From: Eledone cirrhosa
Taxonomy: Eukaryota
Assembly (NCBI GenBank): GCA_964016885.1
Contig: OZ024741.1
Span: 185,442,001 to 185,506,000 of the forward strand
Reading direction: 5' to 3'
Length of the DNA stretch: 64,000 bases
This document shows positions 14,287-29,194 of the stretch, one piece after another (within the stretch, counting starts at the first letter, position 1; each line of letters begins with the position of its first letter). The notes beneath the pieces were generated by a model. The model was not told where the DNA came from and ran no database searches. It worked only from the letters and a program-made list of their open reading frames with translations. The position numbers and the translations under genes were made by a program.

Positions 14287-14464
14287 TGTTTCTACTGTTG
14301 GCACAAGGCCAGCAATTGCCCAGTGTATTACTGGTACTTTATTTTATCGACCCCGTAAGGATGAAAGGCAAAGTTAACTTCGGCGGGATTTGAACTCAGA
14401 ATGGCAAGGGCCGTAGCTCTATGCGTCAAAGCATGGCGTCCGACCCTCTACTGATACTGCCAAT
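14287..14464 (-). mobile_element. Main SINE
   Basis: Family match. Confidence 0.9.
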
Positions 14465-16739
14465 GTAATAACAATTATTGTTTAGTTTTCCACTGCAAGA
14501 GCTAAAATTCATATTGATAATACACACATGTAATTACAATTACACATACATAGTAAATATACATATATTTCCATTGGCGTGCACCATACATATTCTAGTT
14601 GGACGAATCAAGATGACAAAATCATTGACAAAGATGGGCCTTCTGATGGGCTTCCAAACAGTTTCTCCAACCCAATTTCGTTCACACGATTTAGTTCAAT
14701 CCAAGTGTATGCCTTAAGTCAACATTAAATGCGGTGGCATCAAATTGAAGACTTGGTGATTTTGAATCGAACTTTTTAGCATCACGGCTATGCATGCAAT
14801 CGACCTCCATATGTACAGATATACATACATGAATGTAGGTAGACTTAAGCACAGAAAACAGTCCCCGCACATTAAGTACATATACCCATACCCTCGTGTA
14901 CACTTGCGCATACTCATATAGGTAGCAGCATACACACACAAGTACAAATACACGCACGTGCACATACACACATTAAATATTTCCACACATATTGAATATG
15001 CACACGTCTGCATACACCAGATATGTATGCAGTTATATGATTCAACAAGGAAACATACTAGCGGGCAGTCGATGTGCTAGAAACAGCAATCACATTATAC
15101 AGTCTTAAAATGGAAATGATACATTCTATAATATAGTCTTAGATACACCTAACTATTACTGATATTACAATAGCGTGGGTTACACAATAATAACAGTACC
15201 CAAAACTATAACAACAGCAATACAAATAGCAACAACAACATTAAAAACAACAGTAAAACCAACAACAGCCATAGCAACTACAACAACAACAAAAATATTG
15301 ATGTCAGTAGCAGCAGTAATACATATAATATCAACAATTATAACAACAATAAGGTATACAACAATATCAGCAACAACCAAAGCAATAAGACCAAGGAAAT
15401 AGACATTACTTGTCATATCAATCCAAATTATTTTAACACATTTTATATTAATATTTTATTTTTTTCAGGTCCGGATTAACTATTTATAACAAAATAAGAA
15501 TGTGCTTGAGGCAACGAATTTTTTCCACTGCAACATTTATGAATGGTCACATGGAGAATTCTTAAAACGATTATAATGAATAAAAAACGTAGAGAAAATT
15601 TACAGTTTTTGTGTTGTGATAATTATAAATACTTGATTTGTTTACTATTATTTAGTGTTAGATAAATAACATTTTTAAAAAGTGTATATTTACTATAATC
15701 CCGTGTGATGTCCCGAACGAAAGCAAAATTTGTTCACAAACATCATAGCTCTTAATGTGCTTTCGGGTTTTAAATTAAAAAAGACAAAGGGGTGACTTTA
15801 GGGGTGATATTTAGGGATGAGTCTAGGGGATATGGATGCTATATATCTAATCTATCTAATCTGGCTGAGTTTACACTCGCAAATAAGAAGAACCAGGGCC
15901 ACCCCTAGGAGCATTGGATTTGGTGTACTTCATATTTATTTCGATTGCTGAATACAATCAGGGTTCGCTCCTTATCCTGAAGATCAATAGTTCTCTTTTA
16001 ACTCGAGAGGGAGTGCCTTTCCATCGTCAATTTGCATTGATCACCTGCAAAGCCGCATTGTTCTCAGAATCACTACACCAGTCTTTCAATACATGCAGCT
16101 TTGACTACTGCCACCCATTGATTTGGCAGGATTTATTTTTTCTAGATGGCCGTTGACACTTATGAGTTCTTCCGCCCTTTGCCAGGGTTTTTTTTTGTCG
16201 GGGTGAGGGGTGGGTGGGGGGTGTGCTAAAATCCCCCTCCTCACCAAGTAAACTGGACTAATAGTCTAAGGGAACTTAAAAAATAAAAAATACGGTAAAG
16301 CTATCAGATATGTAATGAAGCGGGCGTTAAACATTCGATCCACAGAACATATCCAAGTAAATATTATATAAAACTTCATTCTAAGAATGGTTGAATTCTC
16401 AAAAAATAGAGAAAAAATACAGACAATTAGGATAATTCTAGTAAGATGAGTTGATTGAAACCAAACGTAGATAGAAGACATGAAGATTACAGTTAGAGTT
16501 TAATGAGTACATCTAAATGAGATACAGAGTTAGAGTATCAAATTTGGCCACTTGTGAGGTCTTCTGACGTTGCTAGAGCGCAATTAGTTTCTCAACCCCC
16601 ATCAACATACCCACCAACATAGAAGTAAGTCGACATCTGTTTTAACCTTCAAGATAGCACTAGATTAGACAAAGAGGAACAGTCATAATAGTAAATTATA
16701 TATATATATATGTGTGTGTATGAGTGTGTGTGCGTGTGT

Positions 16740-16837
<98 letters not shown>

Positions 16838-16921
16838 TACATGTATGCAGATATATAGATATTTATATATGTATGTATAAATAATATATATACACACACA
16901 TACAAACACATATATGTGTGT

Positions 16922-16983
<62 letters not shown>

Positions 16984-17524
16984 GTTTTATTAAATATGTG
17001 TGTACATTTGTCCTGTGTAGGTGTATACGTATGTGTGCGAGGATGTGTACCAGTAAAACCAAATATAGGATTTTGCCTTCTGATAAAATTGTACATGTCA
17101 AAAGTTTGACCTAAAGATTTAATCAGGGTAAAAAAAAACAAAAAGAAAAATAATAATATGTAAACAAAACGAAAAATGGAGAAAAGACAAAAAAGGTAGA
17201 AACATGACAAAAACGAACAAAAGGTAAAAGTATATTATGTTTCTGATAGAGAAGATACAATTTTGTTATATATTATCATTATAAATGTAGACGAACATAA
17301 AATATAAATATATAAAATAAAGGTTTATGATTGCTGTTGTTGTAGTTGTTGTTGGTGTTGGTGATGTTATCATCATCACCGTCATCATCATTTTTATTGT
17401 TAATATTATTATTATTATTATTGTTGTTGTTGTTGTTGTTGTTGTTACTGTTGTTGTTATTGTGACTGTCATTCTATCACGTATTATTGCAATGAGGTTA
17501 GATTGGCTCATTTGTGTCTGTCCC

Positions 17525-17607
<83 letters not shown>

Positions 17608-17935
17608 ATCTATCTATCTATCTATATATATAAATGTATATATACTTATTATATATATATATATATATATAAATGTATATATACTTATTTTTTCTTATGT
17701 CTTTTTATCTCTCTCCCTTACTCGCTCTGTCGCTCTCTCTTTGTTTTTCTCTCTCTCTCCTTCTCTCTCTATCTTATTCTCTCTCTCTCTTCCTATCTGT
17801 CTCTCTCTCTCTGTCTCTCTGTCTCTCGATCTCTTAATCTTACTATATGTTCCTCTTAAGACAGGTCAGAATCATGTATGTATGCATGATGAATGAATGA
17901 ATGTTTCTTTGTGCGGATATTGTATCTGCACATAT

Positions 17936-18024
<89 letters not shown>

Positions 18025-18939
18025 GCCCATAGAAAGAGAAAGAGAATGAGTATGAGATCGATCGATATCTCTCTAGATGGATACGTTTGGATATATGGAG
18101 AGAGATGCAGAGGAATGGAAGGATAGAGAGAGAGAGAGAGAAGTATATAACAATTGCTTACTCTATCAGTTTGGAATCCATATTAATGGCCATAAAACGG
18201 ACACAAGAAAATATGTAAAAATAAATAACGTAAAAAAGACGCTAAATCCCATAGATTAGTTATCTACAAAATGGCTGACATTGGGATATTGGACTTGGAA
18301 AATATCCAAACAAATGAGTGGCCACCATTATTACATCTACCGTAACACTTTTCATATAACGTATGATGAAATGCCTACCATTCTTGTTATTTTTTGTTGT
18401 TTTTCTTGTTTATGATGATGCTGTTGTTTTGTTAATGGTGAACATTAGACCAAACGTATTCCAACCGTAGCGATGCTGTTATATTTTTGCTTATTTAAAA
18501 CTCTCCTTCCCATTGTCAGTATTTTAAACATGTGCTTTGAGCCGAAGGCTAATATTTCTAGAAAAACGAGTGACCACGCAGTGATGTCCTTTTTTTGACT
18601 CTCTAGTTTTTGTTTTAATACACTATTCCGTATCCAGAAGTACGATTTCCGGCTGATACACCCAACGACATAAAACCATTGATCCGCATATTCAAAATAT
18701 TTTCTACTTGTTTATAATTTATTTCGGCTACTGTACACTTTGTTCCAGGAATCTAGAAAGCCTATCAGCCCCTTCTCATCAGCCAACATTCAACTCGAGG
18801 GAGCCTCCATGTGATTATTAAAAGCACGATATTTATCACCCATTTCTTCGTTGGATACTTTTTTTCCTCCTCTTAATCTATTTTACAAGATTTTCTAAAA
18901 AACAGTTGTTACAATTATTTTGTGAGCTTCGTTTCACAC

Positions 18940-18987
<48 letters not shown>

Positions 18988-19671
18988 GTGGGGATTTTTT
19001 TTGTGTGTGTGCATGCTTAGTTCGAACTGAACAAATACCTGGACAGAAATACCGATCTGTTATATTACAGAATGGTGTTGAACATTATTCATAAAAAAAA
19101 CAATGATATTTTAATAGATAGAAGGCGAAAAAAACGGTGTATTTCAAACAAAGTCTTTTGTACCGAATTACAGTCAATTTCCTGTCACTCTTGCCGCCAG
19201 AAATACAATGAACCAGCCATAGCCCATAGGAAAACATTTAACCAATGTGGTTAAGGTTTACAAAATGGAATATGAAATCAATATATCAAATTAAAACTAT
19301 ATATTATGGTATTTCCCGTTCTCCCCGAGAATAAAATCAATAACAACAAAATAATTATATCTTAAAGTATGACTTAAGGCATAATTTAAATTGTTTCGGA
19401 GTTTTAATCCCCGGAGAAAGTCTAAAAATAACAATTCTTTATTCTTGCTACTGTTAAGCTGAATACGACTCAGATCTTAATCTCAAAAATTGTGGCACCC
19501 TCCGCATACACACCCCACCCAGACCACCATTACACCAATACACATCCCATCTCCATCCATTCGAATTAGAAGCTTTGAACTGAGCAAGTGAATGATAAAC
19601 AAGCAAATTATAAACGTAAACATGTATGTATGTTTTTAAAACGGTGCGCGATATATATACATACATATATA

Positions 19672-19868
19672 TATTAGAAATTAGAAAATATAAGCTTTCA
19701 CCGTATTTTAGACTGAAGATATTTCTAGCCTGATAGTGGGGTTCGACTCCCATGTACGACAACACTCATCTTTTTCCATTTCGCCGAGGGTTATAAACCC
19801 CACTATCAGGCTAGACATTTGTTTAGTCTAAAATACGGTGAAAGCTTATATTTTCTAATTTCTAATAT
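19672..19868. mobile_element. Fold-back element in TA-rich tract
   Basis: Inverted arms about 19672-19743 and 19797-19868. Confidence 0.7.
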
Positions 19869-19895
19869 ATATATGTATGTATATATATATGTATG

Positions 19896-19984
<89 letters not shown>

Positions 19985-20105
19985 ATGTGTGTGTGCGCGG
20001 GTATGTATATACATATATACATACATATATAAATATATACACACAACAGACAAAAACAAGATGGTGTAGGATTGTACAAACGAAAGAGACAAAATAAAAA
20101 CCTAG

Positions 20106-20146
20106 TCACTGAGGAAGCTACAGAATGTGTGACGAAAGAGCTTTGA
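20106..20146 (+). ncRNA. Weak minimal hammerhead-like motif
   Basis: tca-CTGAGGA-...-GAAA-gagc-TT-tga; only 3-bp stem I and poor stem II. Confidence 0.35.
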
Positions 20147-20337
20147 AAATATATAAACAACCTTCCGGTTATCGAACCCCAACCAACCAACCGGAAATTA
20201 ATAATAAATTGGAGTGAAAAACCATGTGTATGTGGTTTTATTGGCAGCATGACTCACAAAGTATAACAATATCTGTTTCAACACACGTTTTCAGATAAGT
20301 AGTCTCGTAAAATAAATTATATCTATATCTATATATC

Positions 20338-20447
<110 letters not shown>

Positions 20448-20472
20448 CAAACTTTACTGTCACCACACAATA

Positions 20473-20511
20473 TGAACCTGAAGATTGCGAAAGTATGAAA
20501 GTACTTGTTCA
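20473..20511 (+). ncRNA. Minimal type-I hammerhead ribozyme motif (canonical core)
   Basis: tgaac-CTGAAGA-t-tgc-gaaa-gta-t-GAAA-gtac-TT-gttca; palindromic stem III AAGTACTT. Confidence 0.8.
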
Positions 20512-20774
20512 ATTAACACTTAACATTTAATATTCTATCATACAATCTCATTATAATACCATTATAAATTTTAAAGGATTGTAAATAAAACGAGTAAATC
20601 AGACAAAGTTGGAATTCCTCGTATTAATATAATCTTCTATACACAATCATATACACCCGTGTATATTTATCTCTCTCTCTATATATATATATATATAAAA
20701 CGCAAGCCAAAATCTCATTTTTGAGCGGATAGAGGGCAAATCGGTTAAAAAATATCAAATTTAACTCATATAAT

Positions 20775-20981
20775 GGCTTTTACTTTATACAAAAGGCTAA
20801 CAATTTTTGTGGTAAGGGCAAAGTCGAACGAATCCACTTAATTGCGTTACTGGTACTTTTTTTTATCGACCCAGTAATGATGAAAGTCAAAGCAAACCTC
20901 GACTAGATTTGAACTCAGAGCGTAAAGGCCAATAACTCTACACAACAAAGCATATTATCCGATGCTCAACCGGCCTGCCAA
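20775..20981 (-). mobile_element. Older diverged SINE copy
   Basis: tactggtactttttttatcgacccc-like core; TSD catataatg at 20766 and 20982. Confidence 0.8.
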
Positions 20982-21496
20982 CATATAATGCCGCAACCAT
21001 GGTTTCTGAAACTCAAGATACAACAGCGGGAATTCAAAGACATTGGAATAACCAATATAAGAAGAGTTAAAGTTTTCTCATCTGGATGCGAATTCTTCAT
21101 AAAAAAACGGGGACAAGCTGAATATACATCATACATACCATTTCACTGCTAGATCTTTTGGTGGACATGGTATTTCTTCATTGAATTATATACTCCACCC
21201 TGAATTATATACTCCACCCAAAGGGACAAGCTGAACACATATATTATACACGATGTCGTCTGTAGACTGCATGGTGAAGGAACGTGATGCAACACTGAAG
21301 TACTGTATGAAAATCTACTTATTGTATCAGGACAATATGTCGGGCTAATATCCATTCTAGAAATAGCAGCTAAAACCGTCTGAATCAGCTCGAACAATAA
21401 TGGAGCAGTAAATATTAATTTAAAATTCGATAAATTTAACTCTAATACACATGCATCTTAATCAAAGAGTATTATATATTAATAAATTATTAATAA

Positions 21497-21681
21497 TGGG
21501 CGGTGGATTGGCAGTATCGCTGGAGGGTTGGACGCCATGCTTTCCAGCATAGTTATGTCCCTTTACGATCTGAGTTCAAATCCCTCCGAGGTTGACTTTA
21601 CCTTTCATCCTTACGGGGTCGATAAAATAAAGTACCAGTAATGCACTGGGTAATTGCTGGCCTTGTGCCTAAAGTAGAAAC
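21497..21681 (+). mobile_element. Main SINE, full length
   Basis: Family match; flanking repeat tattatatattaataaatta. Confidence 0.9.
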
Positions 21682-22313
21682 TATTATATATTAATAAATT
21701 AATAAATTAATTATCCACTCAGACAAGTATTTAGATATATCAAACTTAAGCCAAAATCTCATTTTGTGGAGATACACGGCAAATAGGCTAAACTAAGTCG
21801 ATGTTAACTAATATAATGCCCAAATCATGGTTTCGGGAACTCAAGATACAACATCGGGAATTCCAAGACATTGAAATAACCAATATTAGAAGAATTCAAG
21901 TTTCTTCATCGGGAGGTGAATATGAAACGAAGAATTTCGTACTTGCACTTGGTAAATGATTATGTTCTTTGTATTATTTAATGATTCTAGGAATTCAGTA
22001 CAGAGGAATAAAATGGTACTTTCTATTGTATTTGAAAGAAATGTTCGTGACTGGACATTTACCTCTCTTGATGTAGACTATACGATTACATCTGAGTTTT
22101 GAATTATTTTTTGCCTTAGATGATTGTATTATCAATTCATCTACACTACCTAATGTATATATATATATATATATTTATTTATTTAGGTTTGTTGGTTCAC
22201 CACTGGATAGAATTGGTCATTCCGTATTATCAATCTTGATGTAATATTATGGAGAGTACTCAACGTAGTGCAGTTCGTTTGTCTAGTTGGTGGTGCTAAT
22301 ACGGAGTTAATTA

Positions 22314-22586
22314 TTACAAATAAAATAACAGGAGGCTGGACTGGTGTAAATCCTTGAAAAGTTTATTATACTTGAGGGAGACTGACCGAGGTGAAAGCAG
22401 CTAGTTGGTCAGTCGTCCTCTCTGTCTCTGTTTTTGGGACCCATGGATTTTATATATTCCTTTGTTATATTTCGAATACCGGATGATATCACCGGATTCA
22501 TACGGAACCCGGTCATTGAAATGATCATAGTATAATAAACCTTTCAAGGATTTACACCAGTCTAGCATCCTGTTATTTTATTTGTT
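22314..22586. mobile_element. Fold-back element carrying a hammerhead
   Basis: Inverted arms about 22314-22371 and 22529-22586. Confidence 0.7.
22476..22533 (+). ncRNA. Hammerhead motif with U4G deviation
   Basis: atac-CGGATGA-...accggattc-atacg-gaacccggt...-GAAA-tgatca-TA-gtat followed by AATAAA. Confidence 0.6.
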
Positions 22587-22600
22587 ATATATATATATAT

Positions 22601-22758
22601 ATAACGAAGGAAATGTGGTAAGGAACCAGGTGGACCATAACGCACCACAGTACTCAATACTTAGGGTAGTAGAGTGGGTAATAGGAACGAGTAGGACTAA
22701 AAAGTCCAGAATTAGCCGTCGAAACGGCTTGAGCTCAGCCGTCGGGGTCCTATTCGTT

Positions 22759-22819
<61 letters not shown>

Positions 22820-23501
22820 TTACATACATACATATATATATGTGTGTGTCTATGTGTGTGTGTGTGTGTATCTGTGTGTGTGTGGTGTGTGTGTGTATGT
22901 ATTAAAGCAATTACCAAATACCGTAAACCGTATTTGGTAATTACTTTAATGTATAATTTCCTTCATGCGTAATTTTTTTTATTTAACACAATAGGATTTT
23001 GTATACATGCTTGCTTAAAAAATCTTTGAAGGAAATATGAAATATCCTTTTGTACAGTTTATTATCATAAATTACTCTATTTTGAGCTGTTTTAACTTCT
23101 CCACCTAACCCTTTCCAATTTGTATATTGTTTTCTTTACAAACAATATTTTATCATATACATATATATATATATATATATTTATAAGAAAAAGTATGACC
23201 CCGACGGCAGAGCTCAAGCCGTTTCGACGGCTATTTCTGGACTCCAGAAATAGCCGTCGAAACGGCTTGAGCTCTGCCGGCGGGGTCATACTTTTTGCTA
23301 TTTCCCACTCTACTACCCTAAGTATTGAGTACTCTAGTGCGTTATGGTCCATCTGGTTCCTTACCACAATTCCTATGTTATATATATATATATATATATA
23401 TATGGGAACAATTATGACCCCGACGGCAGAGCTCAAGCCGTCTCGACAGCTATTTCTGGTGCGTTATGGTCCATTTGGTTACTTGCCCACAATTCCTTCG
23501 A

Positions 23502-23533
<32 letters not shown>

Positions 23534-23721
23534 GGAAAAGAGTCAAGACCCTGACGGCTGAGCTCCAGCCGTTTCCACAGCCGAGTTCAGACCTACCTGT
23601 CGAAACGGCCGGAGCTCAGCCGTCGGGGTACCGTTTCTTTTCCTATTACCCACTCTACTACCCCAAGTATCGACTACTCTGGTGCGCTATAGTCCATCTG
23701 CTTCTCTACCACACTTCCTTC

Positions 23722-23725
<4 letters not shown>
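22601..23725. mobile_element. Cluster of four family A fold-back elements (22601-22762, 23182-23379, 23402-23500, 23531-23725)
   Basis: Each matches family A and is bounded by (TA)n or (TC)n. Confidence 0.8.
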
Positions 23726-23773
<48 letters not shown>

Positions 23774-23779
23774 TCTCTC

Positions 23780-23849
<70 letters not shown>

Positions 23850-24020
23850 CAATATCGGAGAAAGCTTTTTAGCGATACTCCGGCCAAATTCCAACTTACT
23901 CAACAAACATTAGGAAATAAGTGATTATATTCCTAATTAAACGTTTGGGGTGCTAACTAAAAGTATTGCGTGGAAAATTGGCTGTATTATTTCATATGAG
24001 ACATATCGAATATATCTCTT

Positions 24021-24147
24021 CCCAGACGGACGTCTCGTTTCATTATAGGATTCCTACAATTTGGGTGAAATTATACCAATTTATGTAGGAGCTTGTATTC
24101 CATCAATAGATATATATTCAAGTGGGCTCCTATAATTCATCAGTGGG
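24021..24147 (-). ncRNA. Type-I hammerhead motif (canonical core), long stem II
   Basis: ccca-CTGATGA-attatagga...tcctataat-GAAAC-gagacgtcc-GTC-tggg. Confidence 0.8.
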
Positions 24148-24239
24148 TGCCCCAATAATACTAATATTTATAATCTAACCAACATCAGTATTTAGCGATA
24201 ATCATCATCAGTGCCTGAGGTATCTGTCAGGTTGCTAGT

Positions 24240-24324
<85 letters not shown>

Positions 24325-24359
24325 TAACGAAGGATATATATATATATATATATATATAT

Positions 24360-24472
24360 TTAATTAGAAGGTGAACAATAGAAAATATACCTACTCCATT
24401 ACCAAAGGATTCTGGATAAGGTTTCTTTGGTAGTGGAGTAGTTATATTTTGTGTTGTTCACCTTCTAATTAA
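24360..24472. repeat. Short fold-back adjacent to (TA)n
   Basis: taattagaaggtgaacaa...ttgttcaccttctaatta inverted arms. Confidence 0.7.
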
Positions 24473-24534
24473 ATAGCTCTGTTGTATACATAGAGCACTC
24501 TTTTTTTCCTTGGATTTTCCTTCGGTTTACTTAA

Positions 24535-24595
<61 letters not shown>

Positions 24596-24658
24596 GAGCG
24601 TGAATTGAATAAACATTTATTGTACTGCCTCTCTGTTCTGTCCCTGTTCAAAGTTTTC

Positions 24659-24708
<50 letters not shown>

Positions 24709-25767
24709 AATTTATAAATATATAAAGCTAACTGTCTCTAATACGTACGCATCTCAATGAAAGGACAAGATATATTAATAATTATGGATACATACATGCA
24801 TACATACATACATATACACATACGTGCGTGCATATACATATATGTATTTGTTACGTACAAACTTATGCATATATACATGAATGCTTGCTTACTTGCCAAT
24901 CATCTTTATTGTCCCACCAATTACATTGTCACAATCTTACCATATCCCATCCTACGTCACCTACGTCAGCAAATAACCATCATACTCTCTCACACCCCCA
25001 CCTCTTAACCTATCTAATCCATATCCTATTTACGTTTTCTCACTCGTCCTATCATTATTTTCTCTGTCAATTAATATTTAAATTTGACAAACAACGTCCC
25101 TCCGAAACTCCACGAAGAATTCAACAGCAAAACAAACAGAAATCCAAATAAAAATATTTTAAAAGGTACTAAAATAGTGATAAAAATCCGAAGAAAATTA
25201 ACAAAGATTGCAAAATATAAAAAAATATATATATATAACACAGATGGGAACTTTTTTTTTCTCGTCTGCTTTTCGTCAATCTTCGGATATCGTCTTTTTA
25301 CAGCCTTTATATCACAAATACCGTTATTGATTCTAAACTAATTCTTCAGTTATTTATTTCTGACATATTTTGAAGAGATTTTCTGTTGATGTTATCCTTG
25401 TTGTTATTATCGTCATTGTAGTTGTTTTGTTGTTGTTATTTTAATGCATTCAAGCCGAAGGCAAGAAAGAACTTGTGAATAATTTATTTGCTATCGCTGG
25501 TTTTGTTGTTTGTCTTTGTGTGATATAAATTTGTTTCTCTTCGTTGGTTTGTGTTTGTCTTTATATGTGTTGTTGTACGTGTACTTCTATTGTCCTCCTG
25601 TGTGTTATGTGTTTGTTTCTATTTGTGTGTGTTTATTGCTTATGTGTGTGTATGTTTCTTGTTATAATGCACGTGTTTCAGTGTTTCTGTCTTTGCCGGG
25701 ATTTCTTATCCTATTTCCCTCTGAATATGTCTTGTGGTGTTAGAATTGAAGTATTTCATAGCTGGTT

Positions 25768-26102
25768 ATCATCATCATCACCACCATCATCATCACCATC
25801 ATCATCATCATCATCAGTATCATCATCATCATCATCATCATCATCGTCGTCCCCCATCCTCATCATCAACGTCGTTGTCGTCATTGTCGTCATCATCAAC
25901 CTCATCATCACCGTCGCCATATTCATAAATGATCATCATTATCATCATCATCATCATCATCATCATCGTCACCATCGTCATAATCATACCCCCATCCCCA
26001 TCATCAGCGTCGTCGTCGTCGTTTTCATCACCATCATCATCATCACCATCGCCATCGTCATAATCATCATCATCATCGCCATCGTCATAATCGTCATAAT
26101 CG

Positions 26103-26134
<32 letters not shown>

Positions 26135-26175
26135 GTCCCCAACCTCATCATCAACATCGCCATCGCCATCGTCAT

Positions 26176-26224
<49 letters not shown>

Positions 26225-26250
26225 GTCCCCAACCTCATCATCAACATCGC
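25768..26250. repeat. Degenerate (CAT)n microsatellite with a 90-bp internal duplication
   Basis: catcgtccccaacctcatcatcaacatcgc at 26131 and 26221. Confidence 0.9.
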
Positions 26251-26291
26251 CAAAAGTAGAAACAATTATATTATATTATTCATTTATTCAT

Positions 26292-26445
26292 CGGACGCCA
26301 TGCTTTCCAGCATAGTTACGTCCCTTTACGATCTGAGTTCAAATCCCGCCGAGGTTGACTTTGCCTTTCATCCTTACGGGGTCGATAAAATAAAGTACCA
26401 GTAATGCATTGGGTAATTGCTGGCCTTGTGCCTAAAGTAGAAACA
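26292..26445 (+). mobile_element. Main SINE, 5'-truncated
   Basis: 17-bp TSD attattcatttattcat at 26275 and 26446. Confidence 0.92.
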
Positions 26446-26616
26446 ATTATTCATTTATTCATGTTATCAATAGATGTTGATCATGTTTGTGTTGTTGTCG
26501 TTGCTGTGGCTGGTGGGAGATGTTTAATGGTGGTGTCGACTATGATGAAGGTGGATTTGCATATCATGAAAACCACCACCACAAATGCCCTTAACTCTAC
26601 CAGTACATAAATACTT

Positions 26617-26666
<50 letters not shown>

Positions 26667-26667
26667 T

Positions 26668-26702
<35 letters not shown>

Positions 26703-26710
26703 TAATAATA

Positions 26711-27075
26711 ATTGTTTCTACTTTTGGCACAAGGCCAGCAAATTATCCCAGTACATTACTGGTACTTTATTTTATCGACCCCGTAAGGATGAAAGGCAAA
26801 CTTAACCTCGGTGGGATTTGAACTCAGACCGCAAAGGGCCGTAACTCTATGCTGCAAAGCAAGGCGCCCGATCCTCTCCCGATAAATAATTGTTTCTACT
26901 TTTGGGACAAGGCCAGCAATTACCCAGTGCATTACTTGTACTTTATTTTATCGACCCTGTAAGGATGAAAGGCAAAGTTAACCTCGGCAGGATTTGAACT
27001 CAGATCAGAAAGGGGCGTAACTCTGTGCTACAAAGCATGTTGTCCGACCCTCTACCGATACTGCCAAACCACCAC
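26711..27075 (-). mobile_element. Two adjacent main SINE copies, the second inserted at the head of the first
   Basis: 18-bp TSD cctctcccgataaataat at 26873 and 27076. Confidence 0.9.
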
Positions 27076-28550
27076 CCTCTCCCGATAAATAATAATGCTT
27101 ATTCAGCTTTTCGATCGTTTAAACCCAACAATGAATTGTTAACGATATATTTTCTTATTCCTGAACTTGTTATCGTTTCCAACATGTCTACTGTTCCATC
27201 ACCTTACCACCATTTTGAAATCAGCTGTTTTATTTCACAACCAAATATTAGTGATTCACTTCATCTACCTCATAAATAAAAAAAGTTAATTAATTAATTA
27301 ATATACTAATAAAACTAAGAAAAGCGAGAGGAGTCGGATGTCTAAAATATGACTAGATTTGATATTATTTTTATAATTTGGGTTTATTTTATATTTTCAA
27401 ATTTTGATTAAATGAATTTTTTTTTCTTGTTTCGAGTATTTGTTCTTGTATATTTGAGTGCATGCAAGTATATCTAAATACGTGTGTATGTATGCATATC
27501 TGAATGTATGTATGTTGGTTTATATATATATATATATGAATGTATTCATTGTGGGTTTATATATATATATGAAAGAATTCATTATGTATTCAATATGCAG
27601 ATGTGAGTAATTGTATGTATCAATTTCTATATATATATGGATTCATACATGTATGCATATTTATATATATATATAGACACTTATACACTCACAAGTGCGC
27701 ATACACTCGCGCGCGCACGCACACATACACACACCCACACAGACAAACACACACATACACACACAAACACACACATGCATCTATATATATATATGGTTCT
27801 TTGTGTTTGCATGTCTAATACTTGCGTCTACGTGTTTGTGTAAGTGTGTAATTGTGTCTCTTTTTAAAATATGAATTACGTTAAGTTAATTTGTGAAACA
27901 CAACAAAAACAACAAAAGCAACAAGCATTATATATAAATACAACATAGGAGAAAGTGATAGTTCTTACGAATTATGACGAGCATTATAAGACTCTTAAAT
28001 TTATAATTTATTAGGTTTTCCTGTTTGATTTCATGGCTGGTTTTCGTATATTTACATTCTTTTTATTGTATTAATGTTTCAACTTTTCTTGGATTTTCCA
28101 TTTTGATGCGATATATTTCGATCATTTTTTTCTTATTTTTCCATTTTTCGGATTCTTCATTGTTTCAATTATTTTGTATGTGACGGCATATTTGTCGAGT
28201 ATTATAACAATCTGAATGTCTTAAATCGACAATTTGTTTGCAGGATGTTTTTGGTGAGTGTTGGGTAAGAGTGTTTTAAACATAAATTTCCATTTTTACG
28301 AATCCAATATATAATTTTATTATTTTTCATATGCAACACAGAGTAATAAAGCACAGATTGAGAGTATTTGAGATATGAGCTGAGACACAGCAAGAGAGGG
28401 CTAAAAGAAAAGGCAATAGAGAATATGTATGTGTATGTAAAAGCGGGTCAGTGTGTGAGAAGATGAGATGACAATTAGCTAGAGGGAAAGAAATGTCAGA
28501 CAAGAGACGTACATAAAACTCCTCTAGCCCAGCGGGTAAAATGTGTAGAT

Positions 28551-29138
28551 TTATTGAGGCTGCGTTTGTTTATGTAGTTTGATTGAAACTTTAGCAAGTT
28601 CATAAATTGGATTAAGAAGACAAATTTTTTTAGAAGGTAGGGGAATAGGTTAAAATGGGTAGCTATGTGATCTAACGAAAGAAATATAAACGAAAGAAAA
28701 ATAAAGACACCAATAACATTGTAAAACAAACGGATCACCAAAGAAATATGGCTGTTCTGTAAATTAATTACAATCGTGGTAGCTGACGCTTTAACTCAAA
28801 GTCTCAAAACCACTAAAAATATTTTTAAAAATGAAGATATTGATAAGATAAAGATTCCCAATAAAATACACTATCTTCATTCACAATTTATTATTAGATG
28901 GTATCTAAATGGAAATTGTAATGGCACCAGATATAATTCTCTCATCCATGGTAGAAACAGTTCGAATTTCATCGAAGTCAATTTAAATAATAATCCTTTT
29001 ACTTTCGTTTATATTTCTTTCGTTAGATCATATTTTAACTTATTCCCCTACCTTCTAAAAAAAATTTGTCTTCTTAATCCAATTTATGAACTTGCTAAAG
29101 TTTCAATGAAACTACATAAACAAACGCAGCCTCAATAA
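28551..29138. mobile_element. MITE-like element with about 140-bp terminal inverted repeats
   Basis: ttattgaggctgcgtttgtttatgtag... / ...ctacataaacaaacgcagcctcaataa; about 300-bp non-coding interior. Confidence 0.75.
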
Positions 29139-29194
29139 TACGGCACCAACGTTGACATTGATTTACAAATATGTTTTTATTTGTAAGTAAGTGG

